This document shows, in pieces, positions 12,471 through 25,193 of a DNA stretch of 64,000 nucleotides. Under the pieces are notes generated by a model that was given only the letters and a program-made list of their open reading frames with translations, made no database searches and was not told the DNA's origin. A program made the position numbers and the translations under genes. Within the stretch, counting starts at the first letter, position 1; each line of letters starts with the position of its first letter. Where the stretch lies: assembly GCA_009602735.1 (NCBI GenBank), contig WELA01000485.1, positions 62,001 through 126,000 of the forward strand, read 5' to 3'. The DNA is from Mesotaenium endlicherianum (lineage: Eukaryota).

Positions 12471-12903
12471 ATTGTCATTTCACTTGACATGGGAAGGTGA
12501 CAGGATGTAGCGATTTGAGTTATAATATATTAATTTGCATATACTTTAATGCTTTTGAATATATTGGAGTAGTATTGTGTGGAGTCAAGTGTGAATAGAT
12601 ACACTAGTGACTTGGTGCATGTCCTTTGAACCTTCTAAGGCGTTTTCGAAGTTAGAGGAAGGACGTAGAAGAACTCCATGTGGCAAAAGTCAAATGTGCC
12701 ATTTTTAGGTCAAAAGGACATGTGTACAATACTCTAGAAAGAGGTGGCAAGTTTTGGGATGTGTCGGGTGCCAACACATCAACATACACCTTTCTAGAAA
12801 TTACTTATGTAGGAAGTATATAAACAAGAGCTAGAACATAGAAAGACATTTCATAATCACTCTTGTACATGCCAAATTCCAGAAATGTATCAACTTTCTA
12901 GAA

Positions 12904-13645
12904 ATCAGTATATTGGTAGATATAATATTCATTTAAATATAATAGTCAATTAAGTTCAGCCTGCTGAATTCTAGTTAATAATTAGTCTGCTGGACTTCAT
13001 GTTTAATATCAGTTTAAGGACTCAGCCGGAAGCAGCAGGCTGAAGTCAACTTAAGTCAGCTTGCTGACACATTCTTTGACAGCCAGCTGACTTCCGTACT
13101 CGGTAGCAGCGAATTGCCTCGATATGCATCTAAGTGTGATATGCTATATGAATGGCCAGATGACATCCCTATGATGGATGGCGATTGGGGATGATGGGAG
13201 TTGGCGGTGGATTTGGTTAACCGAGGTCCTACCAACGTGGTTAACTCCCGGGTAGGCGGTGCCATCGCACTGACCGTTGAACAATAAACTCATTCCATGT
13301 ACATATGCTAGGCATTGCTCTCGAGTTCGGCATTCAGAAACGAGGCCAACTCTCTTGTACAACTTAATGAGAGAGATCTGAATCCAAGNACTTAATGAGA
13401 GAGATCTGAATCCAAGGCGTGAAGCCAATGATACGCACTGTCTTCTAACCTTGCTTATGTACGAATTTACTAATTGCATTATTCATGCTAGTTTACTCAC
13501 ATTTGACTTTCGAGTATTATTCACTGCTAGTGTATTGTCCTTTGCCGTTTAACCAGTTAACGAAAAATACCATAAAGATTACTTGCTGATATAAAGATCT
13601 TTATTAATTGCTAATCGCCTATTTGGTAAGTCAATTCATTTCACC
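12904..13645 (+). mobile_element. B-family LTR fragment lacking both termini, inside the A1 5' LTR
   Basis: Aligns along its length with 53008-53736, including the same antisense ORF MAPPTRELTTL (13056-13265 vs 53167-53376). Lacks the TGTAGCG start and CTCCCACA end. Confidence 0.88.
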
Positions 13646-13768
13646 ATCTCTCTTTCAAGAAGCTACCACTTGTGTTTAAAGATCCTAGTCTTGAATAGAT
13701 AAAGTATTCTATTTTACTAAGTACTTCATCTACGTGTTTCACTACAGTGGTATTAAAGCTAGGCACTC

Positions 13769-16700
13769 TTGTCACTCTCTATCAAGTCCTTCAAGAATAG
13801 AGTAGTGTTTTCCCACATGCAATTGGGCAAGTACGACGTCATCCTAGGGACACTTTGGTTGACCAAGCACAACCCCCAAGTTGATTGGAGGGACGGTACT
13901 ATCAAGATCAAGATGGACATCACTTCAAGAATCTGTATTTTACGCGCAATCCAGAATATCCAGACTCGAGGCATCAAGAAGCCGCCACACGAGATACTAT
14001 TGTCTGCCCTCCAACTCAAGAGACTTGTGAGGAAGGGACACGAGCTTCTTTTGGCCTTGATCACGCCAAAAGACATCAAGAAATACATCGAGAGTCAAGA
14101 AGATAGCCCCCTTCTCAAGGAGATACAAGAAGTCTTAGAGGACTACAGAGAAGTATTCTCCTCGGAATTGCCTAAGGGCTTACCCCCCAAGAGATTCGTA
14201 GACCACAAGATAGAGTTGGAGCCCGGAAGCAAGCCCATCTCTCGGCCTACGTTCAAAATGTCATACACGGAGCTAGACGAAGTCAAGAAGCAAATCAAGG
14301 AGCTATTGGAGCACGGTGTCATTTGACCTAGCAAGTCGCCATTTGGAGCCCCGGTGCTATTTGTCAAGCAGAAGGACGGTACTTTTGAGGATGTGTGTAA
14401 ACTATCGCGCCCTCAACAAGATCACCATCATACCCGCTGCCGCGCATGGATGAGCTCATGGACCGGCTGGTTGGAGCCAAGTACTTCACGAAGATTGACT
14501 TACGGAGCGGCTACCACCAGATTCGCATCGCAGAATCGGACATAGAGAAGACGGCATTCAGGTAAAAATATGGACATTTTGAGTTCATGGTCTTACCATT
14601 TGGACTCACCAACGCACCAGCAACTTACATAACTATGATAAACACCATATTTCAGCCCATCCTGGACAAATTTGCGGTGGTAATCATTGACGACATTCTC
14701 ATCTGCAGCAAGACCCTTGAAGAGCATGGAAGACACGTGAAAGAAGTCTTCAAAATCCTGAAGCAAAACAAGCTATATGCAAAGGAGTCAAAGTGCGAAT
14801 GTGCCAAACAAGAAGTGGAGTTCCTAGGTCTCCACGTGACTGCTGATGGCATTAAGATGGACCCCAAGAAGACCACGGTGGTGGAGGAATGGCCAACCCC
14901 CATGACCAAGAAAGAACTCCAATCATTCTTGGAATTTGCCAATTGGTACAGGAGATTCATCCAGAGTTTCTCGCACATAGCAGCCCCTCTCACGTATCTG
15001 TTGAAGAAGAACAAGCCATATGTTTGGACCAAGAAAGAGGAGGAGGCATTCCAACAACTAAAGCAAAGATTGACGACATCCCCGGTGCTCACACTCCCAA
15101 GTCCAAATCCAGATTGGCCCTTCCAAGTCATCACCAATGCCTCTTCCTATGCAATAGGAGCAATCCGGCTTCAAGACCAAGGCAAGGGACTGCAGCCCAT
15201 TGCCTACAAGTCAAGGAAGCTAAATCCAGCCAAGCAAAATTATACGACCACGGAGCGAGAGGCGTTGGCGATTGTACATGCCTTGAAGGTTTGGCGTTGC
15301 TACGTTGAAGGACGCAAGGTGCTGGTCACTACGGACCACGAGGCGTTGAAGCACCTCCAGACGCAGCTGTATCTCTCACGGAGACAAGCAAGATGGAGTG
15401 AATTCTTGCAACAGTACAACATCACGATTCAGTACCAGCTCGGCAAGACGAACCCGGCTGGGCCCCTCTCAAGACTGCAATTAAATGCAGTGATGACATC
15501 CCTGAGTACAGATCTGGAAGCTCAATTTTTTGCCGCCTATGATGCGGACCCTTATTACACGAATGGCGAGGCAGCCCTTGACCCACACAAGAAGCAAGAT
15601 GGAAACTATCGGGTGAGACAAGACACGAGACAGAGATGCGTGCCTAATTATCAAGAGCTACAACTTTTGCTACTTTGAGAAGCACACGACAACTCACTTG
15701 GAGGTCACTTTGGAGTATTAAAGACCACGCGCGTGCTCGCAAGGACTTATTGTTGGCCAAGAATGTCTAAGCAAGTCAAGGAGTACTGCATGAGCTGCGG
15801 CACATGCCAAGGAATCAAACAATTATCACAAAAGGCGAGAGGACTTCTTCAACCACTACCAATCCCAAAGAGACGGTGGACAGACATCTCCATGGACCTC
15901 ATCGTGGACTTGCCAGTAACACCGCGCAGCTACAATGCAATATTAACAGTGGTGGACAGACTTACAAAGATGGCTCATTTCATCCCAACAACGACCAAAT
16001 TTACAGCATTCCAGTTAGCAAGACTCATCTTTGACAATATATTTTGATGACATGGCCTGCCATCAAGAATAGTGTTTGATCACGACCCGTGATTCACGAG
16101 CCATTTCTGGAAATATCTCTTCAAGAACTTGGGTACATTGCTGGATAAGTCCACTGCCTACCACCCGCAATCAGATGGACAAACAGAGCGTATGAATCGT
16201 ACTCTCAAGACCTCTCTAAAGACCTACGTGTCTACTCTGGAGCAAGACTGGGACATGTACTTGACCCCCTTGGAGTTTGCCTACAACAACACGACGCAGG
16301 CCTCTACCCAAGAATCCCCATTCTTCCTCAACTATGGCTTCCATCCGACCACGCCGCTGAGCTTCACGGCTGGCCATGATGAAGTACCTGCAGCGGCAAA
16401 TTTTTTGGAGACATTAGAAGCGGCCCTTGCAGCAGCCACAAAAGCTCTACAACACACGCAAGGTGCTCAAGCAAAAATGGCAAACAGGGCTAGAAGAGAA
16501 ATTACATACAAAGTGGGCGACGTAGTGTTACTATCATCCAAGAACATTTCCCTTAACAACAAGCCTGTCGGCAGCAAGTTCTCTCCCAAGTATTTGGGAC
16601 CCTTCAAGATTATCTAGCAAGTCAACCCCGTTGCTTTCAAGCTAGAACTTCTCCAGACTATGCACATCGACCCCGTATTCCAAGCTTCCCTCTTCAAGCC

Positions 16701-16941
16701 ATATGTGCAACCCGACAACAAGTTCCCAGGACGTGTGACAACCCCACCAGCCCCAACAATAGTGGATGATCATTTGGAGTACGAAGTGGAAGACATAGTG
16801 GCTATGAGAAATTTCAGGAGACAGCAGCAATACTTGATCAAGTGGAAAGAATATCCAGATTCGGAGAATAGTTAGGTGGCGGCGCACTACCTTGACAAAG
16901 TTCAGAGAAAGTTGAAGTGCTTCCATGCCGCCAACCCCCAT
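13769..16941 (+). pseudogene. pol: A1 pol remnant (protease end, RT, RNase H, integrase, chromodomain); continues at 25739-25890
   Basis: Highly similar to the intact 1221-aa pol of A2/A3, but with stops and frameshifts. Confidence 0.93.
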
Positions 16942-17646
16942 TGTAGTAAAACAGGTAGATAAATTACTTAGTAAAACAGAATAGTTTATCTATTCAAGAC
17001 AAGGATCTTTGAACACAAGTGGTAGCTTCTTGAAAGAGAGATGGCTTCTTGAAAGTTAATATATTTCTGGATTTTGGCAAGTACAAGAGTGATTCTGGAA
17101 TGTCTTTCTATGTTCTAGCTCTTGTTTATATACTTGCTACATAAGTAATTTCTAGGAAGGTGTATGTTGATGTGTTGGCACCCAACACATCCCAAAACTT
17201 GCCACCTCTTTCTAGAATAATGTACACATGTCCTTTTGACCTAAAAATGGCACATTTGACTTTTGCCACATGGAGTTCTTCTAGGTCTTTCCTCTAACTT
17301 CGAAAATGCCTTGGAAGGTTCAAAGGACATGAACCAAGTTACTAGAGTACCTATTCACACTTGACTCCACACAATACTACTCCAAATATATTTGAAAACA
17401 TTAAAATATATGCAAACTAATATATAATAACTCAAATCACTACATCACCCCCCCAATAGAAAAAGCGACGTCTCGGCGCGTCAAGTCAGGTCTTACACAT
17501 GTGGAGCAAACTAGTCAACAGTTTCAAGTCAGATGCCACACATGTGAAGAGGACTAGTCAAAGGCGCCAAGTCAGGTGCTACACATGTAAGGTAGACTAG
17601 GCAAGGTCGTAGGTGGTGTGACCTTATTGGCTAGCCTACTCCTTAA

Positions 17647-19757
17647 CACTAGGTATCCCATCGGACCATATATGGTCCTCGGACCATATATGGTCTAGCT
17701 AACCCCCATTTTTCAGCGCTGACCTCCAGGGTGCTACAGTTGACCAACTGGTACAAATTATGGCTCAAACAAACCGTACAGACTTGAACCTTAGGCGAAA
17801 AAATGCAAAATGGTCTTCCGATTATTAACGACAAAGTTAGAGTGAAAAGAAGGAGGTTCAAAGTTCAGGTTCACAACAAAATTTCAAGTGAAAAGTCTGT
17901 CATACCCGAGGTTACTAAAGAGCTCTTAGAGCCATGACTTCTTCTTCAAATGCGCCAAAAATAGTTGTGGGTGGTAAATTACTCATCCCTGCCACCTTCT
18001 GGGGAGATGCATGGGCGAAAAAGACATTTGGACAGTATTACATAGAGTTTTTCTTAGTTGGAATTGTGAGAAAAGAGGTTGTGAGGACTAAAAAGGAAAA
18101 CTTATGGCTCATAGAAGTGTTGTATGACAAAGAAAAGAAGCAATGGGAGGCATGGCAGGTCCGGCAGTACCTATCTACAGTGCCTGAAGAGTCCTGGTTT
18201 TATTTCGAGCCGCATGTAGTTCGTTTTGGCTTGGTTTCCTCAAGGGCCTTTTTGCTTTCAAATTCGAGGGAGAATGAGGGTCACAGTCTAATTTCGTCCT
18301 CCCAAGATCCAAATGATGACCCACAGCCAAGGTTTAGTGATGGTGAGGAGGGTAAGGAGGATGAGGAGGAAGAGGAGGAGGAGGAGGAGGAGGAGGAGGA
18401 TATTATGAGGAAGAGGGGCAGGCCTGACACCGAAGAGGTAAGCAGCTGATGCTCATTGTTCCTACTGTTAAAAATGAGAAAAGGAAGAGGAGGAGAAGAG
18501 CAACTCCTCCATAACCATAAACTCTTTAACCATAACTTCTCCAAACATTGTGGTGCACTACAAAACACACAAAGACGCTGTTGATCAATTTTACAAGCTC
18601 TGTGTGAGAGATAAGTTCTTTTGTCGAGACTTCTGGTGTGAGCTTAAAGTGGTGGCACAAACTATATTGGGGTCTAATTGACGCTGCCCTGGCCGATGCC
18701 TACATCCTCTACAACCTGGCCCATCCTGAGAGTGACACGTATCCCTTCATGTTAGATGTTGTAGCGGAGATGACAGACTTCCATGATCCACATAAGGGGA
18801 GGCGCTTTCGCTGGAGTGCGGGCAAGGCTGGGATTGACAGGTTCCTAGGGAGACACTTCCCTAAGCACCTTTCAAGAGGCTCTAGACCAGGATGTGTAGT
18901 GTGCAAGAGCAAGTTGTATGACCTAGGCCATGAGAAGAGTAAGGTGAGGCCTAGCTATTGGTGCGCAACGTGTGGAGTAGCGCTTTGCCCCGCGCCTTGC
19001 TTTGAGGAGTACCATACCAACAGGCACATAGCACATGTAGATAGTGGCCCCTACAAGCTGAGTAGCAGTAAGAAGTAGGATTGTAGAGCAAAGGAATTGC
19101 AACCGAAACATATATGAAAGACATTGTGCTCCATATACAATTCAGCTTCATGTGTGCAAAGCTGTCAATTCTGCAACATTTTGCAACTAATAATGCATTT
19201 TTTAATCATTTTAATTCATTATTTTGTATATAAATATTTTTTTGTAAGTAAAGTAAGATTTTACTTTCAAGCTCCACTTTACAGATTACTATTTGCATGT
19301 GTAAAGAATAAATTATGAATTATTAACTGTGATGCTTTGGTGCATGAGGCACTAAAAAGTACGAAAAATACCCGGACCCCATATGGTCCACTAAGTACAG
19401 AGTGTGCCTCCACAAAGCTACTGATTAGAATGAAGTGAAATCTGTTTCATATGATAGGTAAGACACATGCCTACCCCAGATTAAATCAACAACTACTGGT
19501 CCAAATCCAAATTCATAGTGTGTGAGGGTAAAGTTGGCCCTATTTGCTCGTTTCTTGTTACCGTGCGCACCTTGTACGGAAAGTACACCTTACCTTTCCG
19601 AAAATTGCGGGCCACATGGCCAGTGCAATACTTTGTGATGTAAGCTCTCTAATGGTCTATCACACATAGTCAAAGCTTCAGTGGTTACTTCAATATAGTG
19701 TGACTTAGGGGGTGCATTATTGGACCATATATGGTCTTTTCCTTGGGAGACCTAGTG
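17647..19757 (+). mobile_element. Internally deleted piggyBac-superfamily DNA transposon
   Basis: TTAA on both sides (17643-17646, 19758-19761). 14-bp terminal inverted repeat (TIR) CACTAGGTATCCCA / TGGGAGACCTAGTG. Subterminal palindromes GGACCATATATGGTC(C). Empty site CTCCTTAATGAT in paralog A3 at about 46070. Confidence 0.95.
17934..19078 (+). pseudogene. piggyBac transposase remnants (acidic N-terminal part and C-terminal Cys-rich domain; catalytic core missing)
   Basis: SLKWWHKLYWGLIDAALADAYILY and HFP...CVVC...YWCATCGVALCPAPCFEEYH, typical of the piggyBac C-terminus. Upstream ORF 17934-18449 has a poly-Glu tract. Confidence 0.85.
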
Positions 19758-20325
19758 TTAATGATAAAGAAAATTGTACAAGTTGGCCCAGAATCTGCCA
19801 CAAATTCAAAAATTCATAGCGGCCACAAAACTGCTCTAAATCTAAAAATTTGAAAGCCAGACGGACCGCGTCGGAGAACTCTACCGGGTCATCAAATTTG
19901 AGAGCATTCTCATTTCTGGAGTGTCGTTGAGAGCTGAGAGAGTAGGCACTCCAAATCTGTGCAGAAACTTCTGAAAATCATAAGTCCTTCTATACTTCTT
20001 CAAATTCTGCAAACTAAGTGTCAAACTGGGCGCTGTAAGATGTTCTACCAGCGTCTTGAGTTTTAGAGCATTCCAAGTTCAGGGGAGGGCACAATGTCAA
20101 AAGGCATATTCTGCCCTAACAATGCCAGCAGCCTGACCCCCTTCTATTTAGAGCATCATATCTCTCTCACCAGTGCTCCAAATTGAGCAAACTTGGACTC
20201 TAAATGACCGGCTACTCATGGACTACAGTCAGGTAACTTTTCAGCATTTATTATGCAGAGACCTATCACCAGTAGCAGTTTTAGTTTTCTGTCCAGAAAC
20301 TGCAAGAAGAGAAGAGTGTCTAATG

Positions 20326-23300
20326 TCAATTTTTCCTCTTTCTTGTTCTTGCAGGCTGCCTCCAAGGGGTCTTCTGCTGCTTCTTGATGGTGGCAGGCTG
20401 CCTCCCTGAAGTCTTCGGGCTTGTAGTAGAGGGACTTGGGGCTGGTCCAAGATGGGGGTTGGCGGCATGGAAGCGCTTCAACTTTCTCTGAACTTTGTCA
20501 AGGTAGTGCGCCGCCACCCAACTATTCTCCGAATCTGGATATCCTTTCCACTTGATCAAGTATTGCTGCTGTCTCCTGAAATTTCTCATAGCCACTATGT
20601 CTTCCACTTCGTACTCCAAATGATCATCCACTATTGTTGGGGCTGGTGGGGTTGTCACACGTCCTGGGAACTTGTTGTCGGGTTGCACATATGGCTTGAA
20701 GAGGGAAGCGTGGAATACGGGGTCGATGTGCATAGTCTGGGGAAGTTCTAGCTTGAAAGCAACGGGGTTGACTTGCTGGATAATCTTGAAGGGTCCCAAA
20801 TACTTGGGAGAGAACTTGCTGCCGGCAGGCCTGTTGTTCAGGGAAATGTTCTTGGATGATAGTAACACGTTGTCACCCACTCTGTACGTAATTTCTCTTC
20901 TGGATCTGTTCGCCACTCTTGCTTGAGCATCTTGCGCGTGTTGTAGAGCTTTCTTCGCTGCTGTAAGGGCTGCTTCTAATGTCTCCATAAAATCTGTGGC
21001 TGCAGGTACTTCATCATGGCCAGCCGTGAAGCTCAGTGGCGTGGTCGGATGGAAGCCATAGTTGAGGAAGAATGGGGACTCTTGGGTAGAGGCCTGCGTA
21101 GTGTTGTTGTAGGCAAACTCGAGGGGGGTCAAGTACATGTCCCAGTCTTGCTCGAGGGTAGACACGTAGGCCTTTAGAGAGGTCTTTAGGGTACGATTCA
21201 TACGCTCGGTTTGCCCATCTGATTGTGGGTGGTAGGCAGTAGACATATCCAGCGATGTACCCAAGTTCTTGAAGAGATTTTTCCAGAAATGGCTTGTGAA
21301 TCTTGGATCTCTATCTGACACAATTCTTGATGGTAGTCCATGGAGTCGGAAGATGTTGTCAAAGATGAGTCTTGCAAGTTGTGGTGCTGTAGCCTTAGTC
21401 GTCGTGGGAATAAAATGAGCCATCTTGGTAAGTCTGTCCACCACCGTGAGTATTGCATTATGGCCTCGAGGTGTCACGGGCAAGTCCACGATAAGGTCCA
21501 TTGAGATGTCCGTCCATTGTCTTTCGGGGATTGGTAGTGGTTGGAGGAGTCCTCCCGCCTTTTGCGATGATGGCTTGATTCTTTGGCATGTGTCACAGCT
21601 CCTGCAGTACTCCTTGACTTGCTTAGACATGCCTGGCCAACAATAAGTCCTAGCTAGAACGCCCGTGGTCCTTAGGATTCCAAAGTGTCCTCCAAGAGGG
21701 TTGTCGTGTGCTTCTCGTAGAAGCAAGAGCCGGAGGTCTAAGTCATTAGGAACACATCTCTGGCCCGTATCTTGCCTCACCCAATAATTGCCTTCTTGCT
21801 TCTTAAATGGGTCCAAGGCTGCTTCTCCGTTCTTGTAGTAAGGGTCTCTTTCATAGGCGGCTGAAAATCGAGCTTCCAGATCTGTCTTCAGGGATACCAT
21901 CACTGCATTTAATTGCAGTCTTGAGAGGGGGTCAGCCGGGTTTGTCTTGCCGGGCTGGTACAGAATCGTGATGTTGTATTGTTGCAAGTATCCGCTCCAT
22001 CTTGCTTGTCTCCTTGAGAGATACGGCTGCGTTTGGAGGTGCTTTAACGCCTCGTGGTCCGTGGTGACCAGTACTTTGCGTCCTTCAACGTAGCAGCGCC
22101 AAACCTTCAAGGCATGTACAATCGCCAATGCCTCTCGCTCCGTGGTTGTATAATTTTGCTCGGCTGGATTTAGCTTCCTTGACTCGTAGGCGATGGGCTG
22201 CAGTCCCTTGCCTTGGTCTTGAAGCAGGATTGCTCCTATTGCATAGGAAGATGCATCGGTGATGACGTGGAAGGGCCAATCTGGGTTTGGACTTGGGAGT
22301 GTGAGCACCGGGGATGTGGTCAATCTTCGCTTTAACTCTTGAAATGCCTCTTCCTCTTTCTCGGTCCATGTATATAGCCTGTCCTTCTTGAGTAGATCTG
22401 TCAGGGGGGCTGCTATGTGCGAGAAGCCTTGGATGAATTTTCTGTACCAATTGGCAAATCCCAAGAATGACTGGAGTTCTTTCTTGGTCGTGGGGGTTGG
22501 CCATTCCTCCACCACCGTGGTCTTCTTGGGGTCCATCTTGATGCCATCAGCAGTCACGTGGAGACCTAGGAACTCCACTTCTTGTTTGGCAAACTCGCAC
22601 TTTGACTCCTTCGCAAATAGCTTGTTTTGCTTCAATACTTCAAGGACTTCTTTCAAGTGTCTCGCATGCTCTTCAAGGGTCTTGCTGTAGATAAGGATGT
22701 CATCGATGAATACCACCACAAATCTGTCCAACATGGGCTGAAATATGGTGTTCATCATAGTCATGAAAGTTGCTGGCGCGTTGGTGAGTCCAAATGGCAG
22801 GACCATGAACTCAAAATGTCCATATCTTGTCCTGAATGCCGTCTTCTCTATGTCCGGTTCTGCGATGCGAATCTGGTGGTAGCCGCTCCGTAAGTCAATC
22901 TTCGTGAAGTACTTGGCTCCAACCAGCCGGTCCATGAGCTCATCCATGCGCGGCAGCGGGTATCGATTCTTGATGGTGATCTTGTTGAGGGCGCGATAGT
23001 CCACACACATCCTCAAGGTACCATCTTTCTTCTTGACAAATAGCACCGGGGCTCCAAATGGCGACTTGCTAGGTCGAATGAAGCCATGCTCCAGTAGCTC
23101 CTTGATTTGCTTCTTGACTTCGTCTAGCTCCGTGTATGACATTTTGAACGTAGGCCGAGAGATGGGCTTGCTTCCGGGCTCCAACTCTATCTTGTGGTCT
23201 ACGAATCTTTTGGGGGGTAGGCCCTTGGGCAATTCCGGGGAGAACACTTCTTTGTAGTCCTCTAAGACTTCTTGTATCTCCTTGGGAACGGGGCTGCCTT

Positions 23301-23991
23301 CTTGACTCTCGATGTCTTTCTTGATGTCTTTTGGCGTGATCAAGGCCAAAAGAAGCTCGTGTCCCTTCCTCACAAGTCTCTTGAGTTGGAGGGCGGACAA
23401 TAGTATCTCGTGTGCCGGCTTCTGGATGTCTTGGGTCTGGATATTCTGGATTGCGCGCAAAATACAGATTCTTGAAGTGATGTCATTCTTGATCTTGATA
23501 GTACCGGTCCTCCAATCAACTTGGGGGTTGTGCTTGGTCAACCAAGGCGTCCCTAGGATGACGTCGTACTTGCCCAATTGCATGGGGGAGAACACTACTC
23601 TATCCTTGAAGGACTTGATAGAGAGTGCCAAGGGGTACGTCTTCTTGGAAGGGGTAGTATAGGAGAATCCATCGGGCATCATAATCTCCTCGTCGTGGTC
23701 AAGAGTTCGCATAGTAATACCGTGCTTGGTGGCAAAATCTGCAGCAATGAAGTTGCCTTGAGCTCCGCTATCCACCAAGATGTGGACCTTCTCTCCTCCA
23801 AGGTAACCTCTCAAACTCATTGGGGCTGGAACGTCGTCTTCAACGGGGGTCTCCACCTCACTTGGCGTGTTGCCTTCTCGTGAAGTGGGTCTTGGGGTGG
23901 TAGGCTCCTGGCCTACCGGCGCTGTCCGTTTTTTGACAACTTTTTGGGGCATGAAAGTGCACGATGGTTCTTCTCCTTGCAATAGAAGCAT
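20326..23991 (-). CDS. pol: A2 Pol (protease-RT-RNase H-integrase-chromodomain), probably made by -1 frameshift from gag
   Basis: Uninterrupted 1221-aa [57 protein letters not shown]...[15 protein letters not shown]. Confidence 0.97.
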   Translation of the reverse strand: MLLLQGEEPSCTFMPQKVVKKRTAPVGQEPTTPRPTSREGNTPSEVETPVEDDVPAPMSLRGYLGGEKVHILVDSGAQGNFIAADFATKHGITMRTLDHDEEIMMPDGFSYTTPSKKTYPLALSIKSFKDRVVFSPMQLGKYDVILGTPWLTKHNPQVDWRTGTIKIKNDITSRICILRAIQNIQTQDIQKPAHEILLSALQLKRLVRKGHELLLALITPKDIKKDIESQEGSPVPKEIQEVLEDYKEVFSPELPKGLPPKRFVDHKIELEPGSKPISRPTFKMSYTELDEVKKQIKELLEHGFIRPSKSPFGAPVLFVKKKDGTLRMCVDYRALNKITIKNRYPLPRMDELMDRLVGAKYFTKIDLRSGYHQIRIAEPDIEKTAFRTRYGHFEFMVLPFGLTNAPATFMTMMNTIFQPMLDRFVVVFIDDILIYSKTLEEHARHLKEVLEVLKQNKLFAKESKCEFAKQEVEFLGLHVTADGIKMDPKKTTVVEEWPTPTTKKELQSFLGFANWYRKFIQGFSHIAAPLTDLLKKDRLYTWTEKEEEAFQELKRRLTTSPVLTLPSPNPDWPFHVITDASSYAIGAILLQDQGKGLQPIAYESRKLNPAEQNYTTTEREALAIVHALKVWRCYVEGRKVLVTTDHEALKHLQTQPYLSRRQARWSGYLQQYNITILYQPGKTNPADPLSRLQLNAVMVSLKTDLEARFSAAYERDPYYKNGEAALDPFKKQEGNYWVRQDTGQRCVPNDLDLRLLLLREAHDNPLGGHFGILRTTGVLARTYCWPGMSKQVKEYCRSCDTCQRIKPSSQKAGGLLQPLPIPERQWTDISMDLIVDLPVTPRGHNAILTVVDRLTKMAHFIPTTTKATAPQLARLIFDNIFRLHGLPSRIVSDRDPRFTSHFWKNLFKNLGTSLDMSTAYHPQSDGQTERMNRTLKTSLKAYVSTLEQDWDMYLTPLEFAYNNTTQASTQESPFFLNYGFHPTTPLSFTAGHDEVPAATDFMETLEAALTAAKKALQHAQDAQARVANRSRREITYRVGDNVLLSSKNISLNNRPAGSKFSPKYLGPFKIIQQVNPVAFKLELPQTMHIDPVFHASLFKPYVQPDNKFPGRVTTPPAPTIVDDHLEYEVEDIVAMRNFRRQQQYLIKWKGYPDSENSWVAAHYLDKVQRKLKRFHAANPHLGPAPSPSTTSPKTSGRQPATIKKQQKTPWRQPARTRKRKN

Positions 23992-25193
23992 AGTCTAGCC
24001 GTCATGAGAGCTTCTTTTTCAGCCGGGGAGAGTCTTGCTTTCACTCCTTGCTGGTTTCTTGCATCATAAGTGTCATTGGAGGGTCTTCCACTCTTCCGAG
24101 CAGCCGCGGGGTCCCTTTTGATAACTCCAATTTCCATGGGTGTGGGTCCAGATTCGGATGTGGAAGGGGCTGCGTACACCCGCGTCGTCGGTACCCGTGA
24201 AGATGAAGGCACGGAGTGCTTGAAATCCAAGGTATCCACCTTTTGGGCCACTTCAATGATCTTTGAGAAGTCCGTCAAGTCGCGTAATTCCACTTCCTTT
24301 GCCACCTTGGGTTTGAGGCCAAAGATGTAGCGGTCAATCTTCTCCTCGAGAGACATGTTGGGGATCTCAAGAGTGAGGGCGTGAAATCTGGATGTATACT
24401 CTTGAACGGACGTCGTTTGCTTGAGATGGTGGAGCTTTCCTCGGGCAATCTTCTCCGCATTGATGGGCATGAATTGCTTCTTGAGGGCCTCACGAAAATC
24501 TGCCCATCTTGCATATGATGGTGGGGGCTCTTGGCCGAGCATGGGGTGCGCCATAGCTTGATATATAGCCGCTTGATAGTTACGCCACCATGATGTTGCT
24601 GCTCCTCTAAGTAAGGTAACGACATAGGGAACGTAGTCCTCCTCGGGTACTTCAAGGAATGCGAGGTACGTCTCCACTTGGTAGAGCCATAATTTCAGGT
24701 TGGCACCTTTCCCGGGGTTGAAAGTGTCGGGTTTGCCGGGCTTGATGAGTTTCCTTGCTCTCGTTGGCTCTTGTGGAGGCGCTTGAGCCGGGGCTGGATT
24801 TTGAGCATTGCTCGCAATAGGGGCAACCATGGCAGCCATAGCTTCTCTTGACGCTTGCACGGTTGCTTCATAGGTGGCCAAGCCCACTTGGTTGTGGACG
24901 GTCATTAGGAAGGCTGCCCACTCATTTGCGGGAACTCCTTGTGGTGGGGTCAACTTTGCTATAGCGGCTGCCACGGGATTTGACGGTGCTCCTCCTTGTG
25001 GTGCTTCTTGTTGTTGCAGATTTCCTTGAGTAGGCTCTCCCTTCGACGCTGGAGGAGGGTGTGCTCCTCCTTGTGGTGCTTCTTGTTGTTGCAGATTTTC
25101 TTGAGTGGGCTCTCCCATCGGCGCTGGAGGAGGGTGTCTTGGAGAGGAAGGGCTTCCTTCGAAAGCTTGCTGTTGGTCTTGAGGATCGGCCAT
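23913..25193 (-). CDS. gag: A2 Gag
   Basis: 426 aa. Retrotrans-gag motifs LRGAATSWW and [18 protein letters not shown], knuckle [14 protein letters not shown], and a 25-aa N-terminal tandem repeat. Confidence 0.96.
   Translation of the reverse strand: MADPQDQQQAFEGSPSSPRHPPPAPMGEPTQENLQQQEAPQGGAHPPPASKGEPTQGNLQQQEAPQGGAPSNPVAAAIAKLTPPQGVPANEWAAFLMTVHNQVGLATYEATVQASREAMAAMVAPIASNAQNPAPAQAPPQEPTRARKLIKPGKPDTFNPGKGANLKLWLYQVETYLAFLEVPEEDYVPYVVTLLRGAATSWWRNYQAAIYQAMAHPMLGQEPPPSYARWADFREALKKQFMPINAEKIARGKLHHLKQTTSVQEYTSRFHALTLEIPNMSLEEKIDRYIFGLKPKVAKEVELRDLTDFSKIIEVAQKVDTLDFKHSVPSSSRVPTTRVYAAPSTSESGPTPMEIGVIKRDPAAARKSGRPSNDTYDARNQQGVKARLSPAEKEALMTARLCFYCKEKNHRALSCPKKLSKNGQRR

Noticed and set aside
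13362..13416. 27-bp perfect direct repeat ACTTAATGAGAGAGATCTGAATCCAAG
   Set aside because: The copies flank a single N and the homologous LTR near 53475 has one copy, so it is most likely a contig-overlap artefact.
17478..17610. Three roughly 41-50 bp repeats (CAAGTCAG..ACACATGT..ACTAG) as a CRISPR-like array
   Set aside because: Degenerate tandem units in the 3' UTR of every family-A copy, with no unique spacers or cas genes.
20173..23883. Many plus-strand ORFs conserved between A2 and A3
   Set aside because: Antisense shadows of pol, conserved only because the elements are nearly identical.
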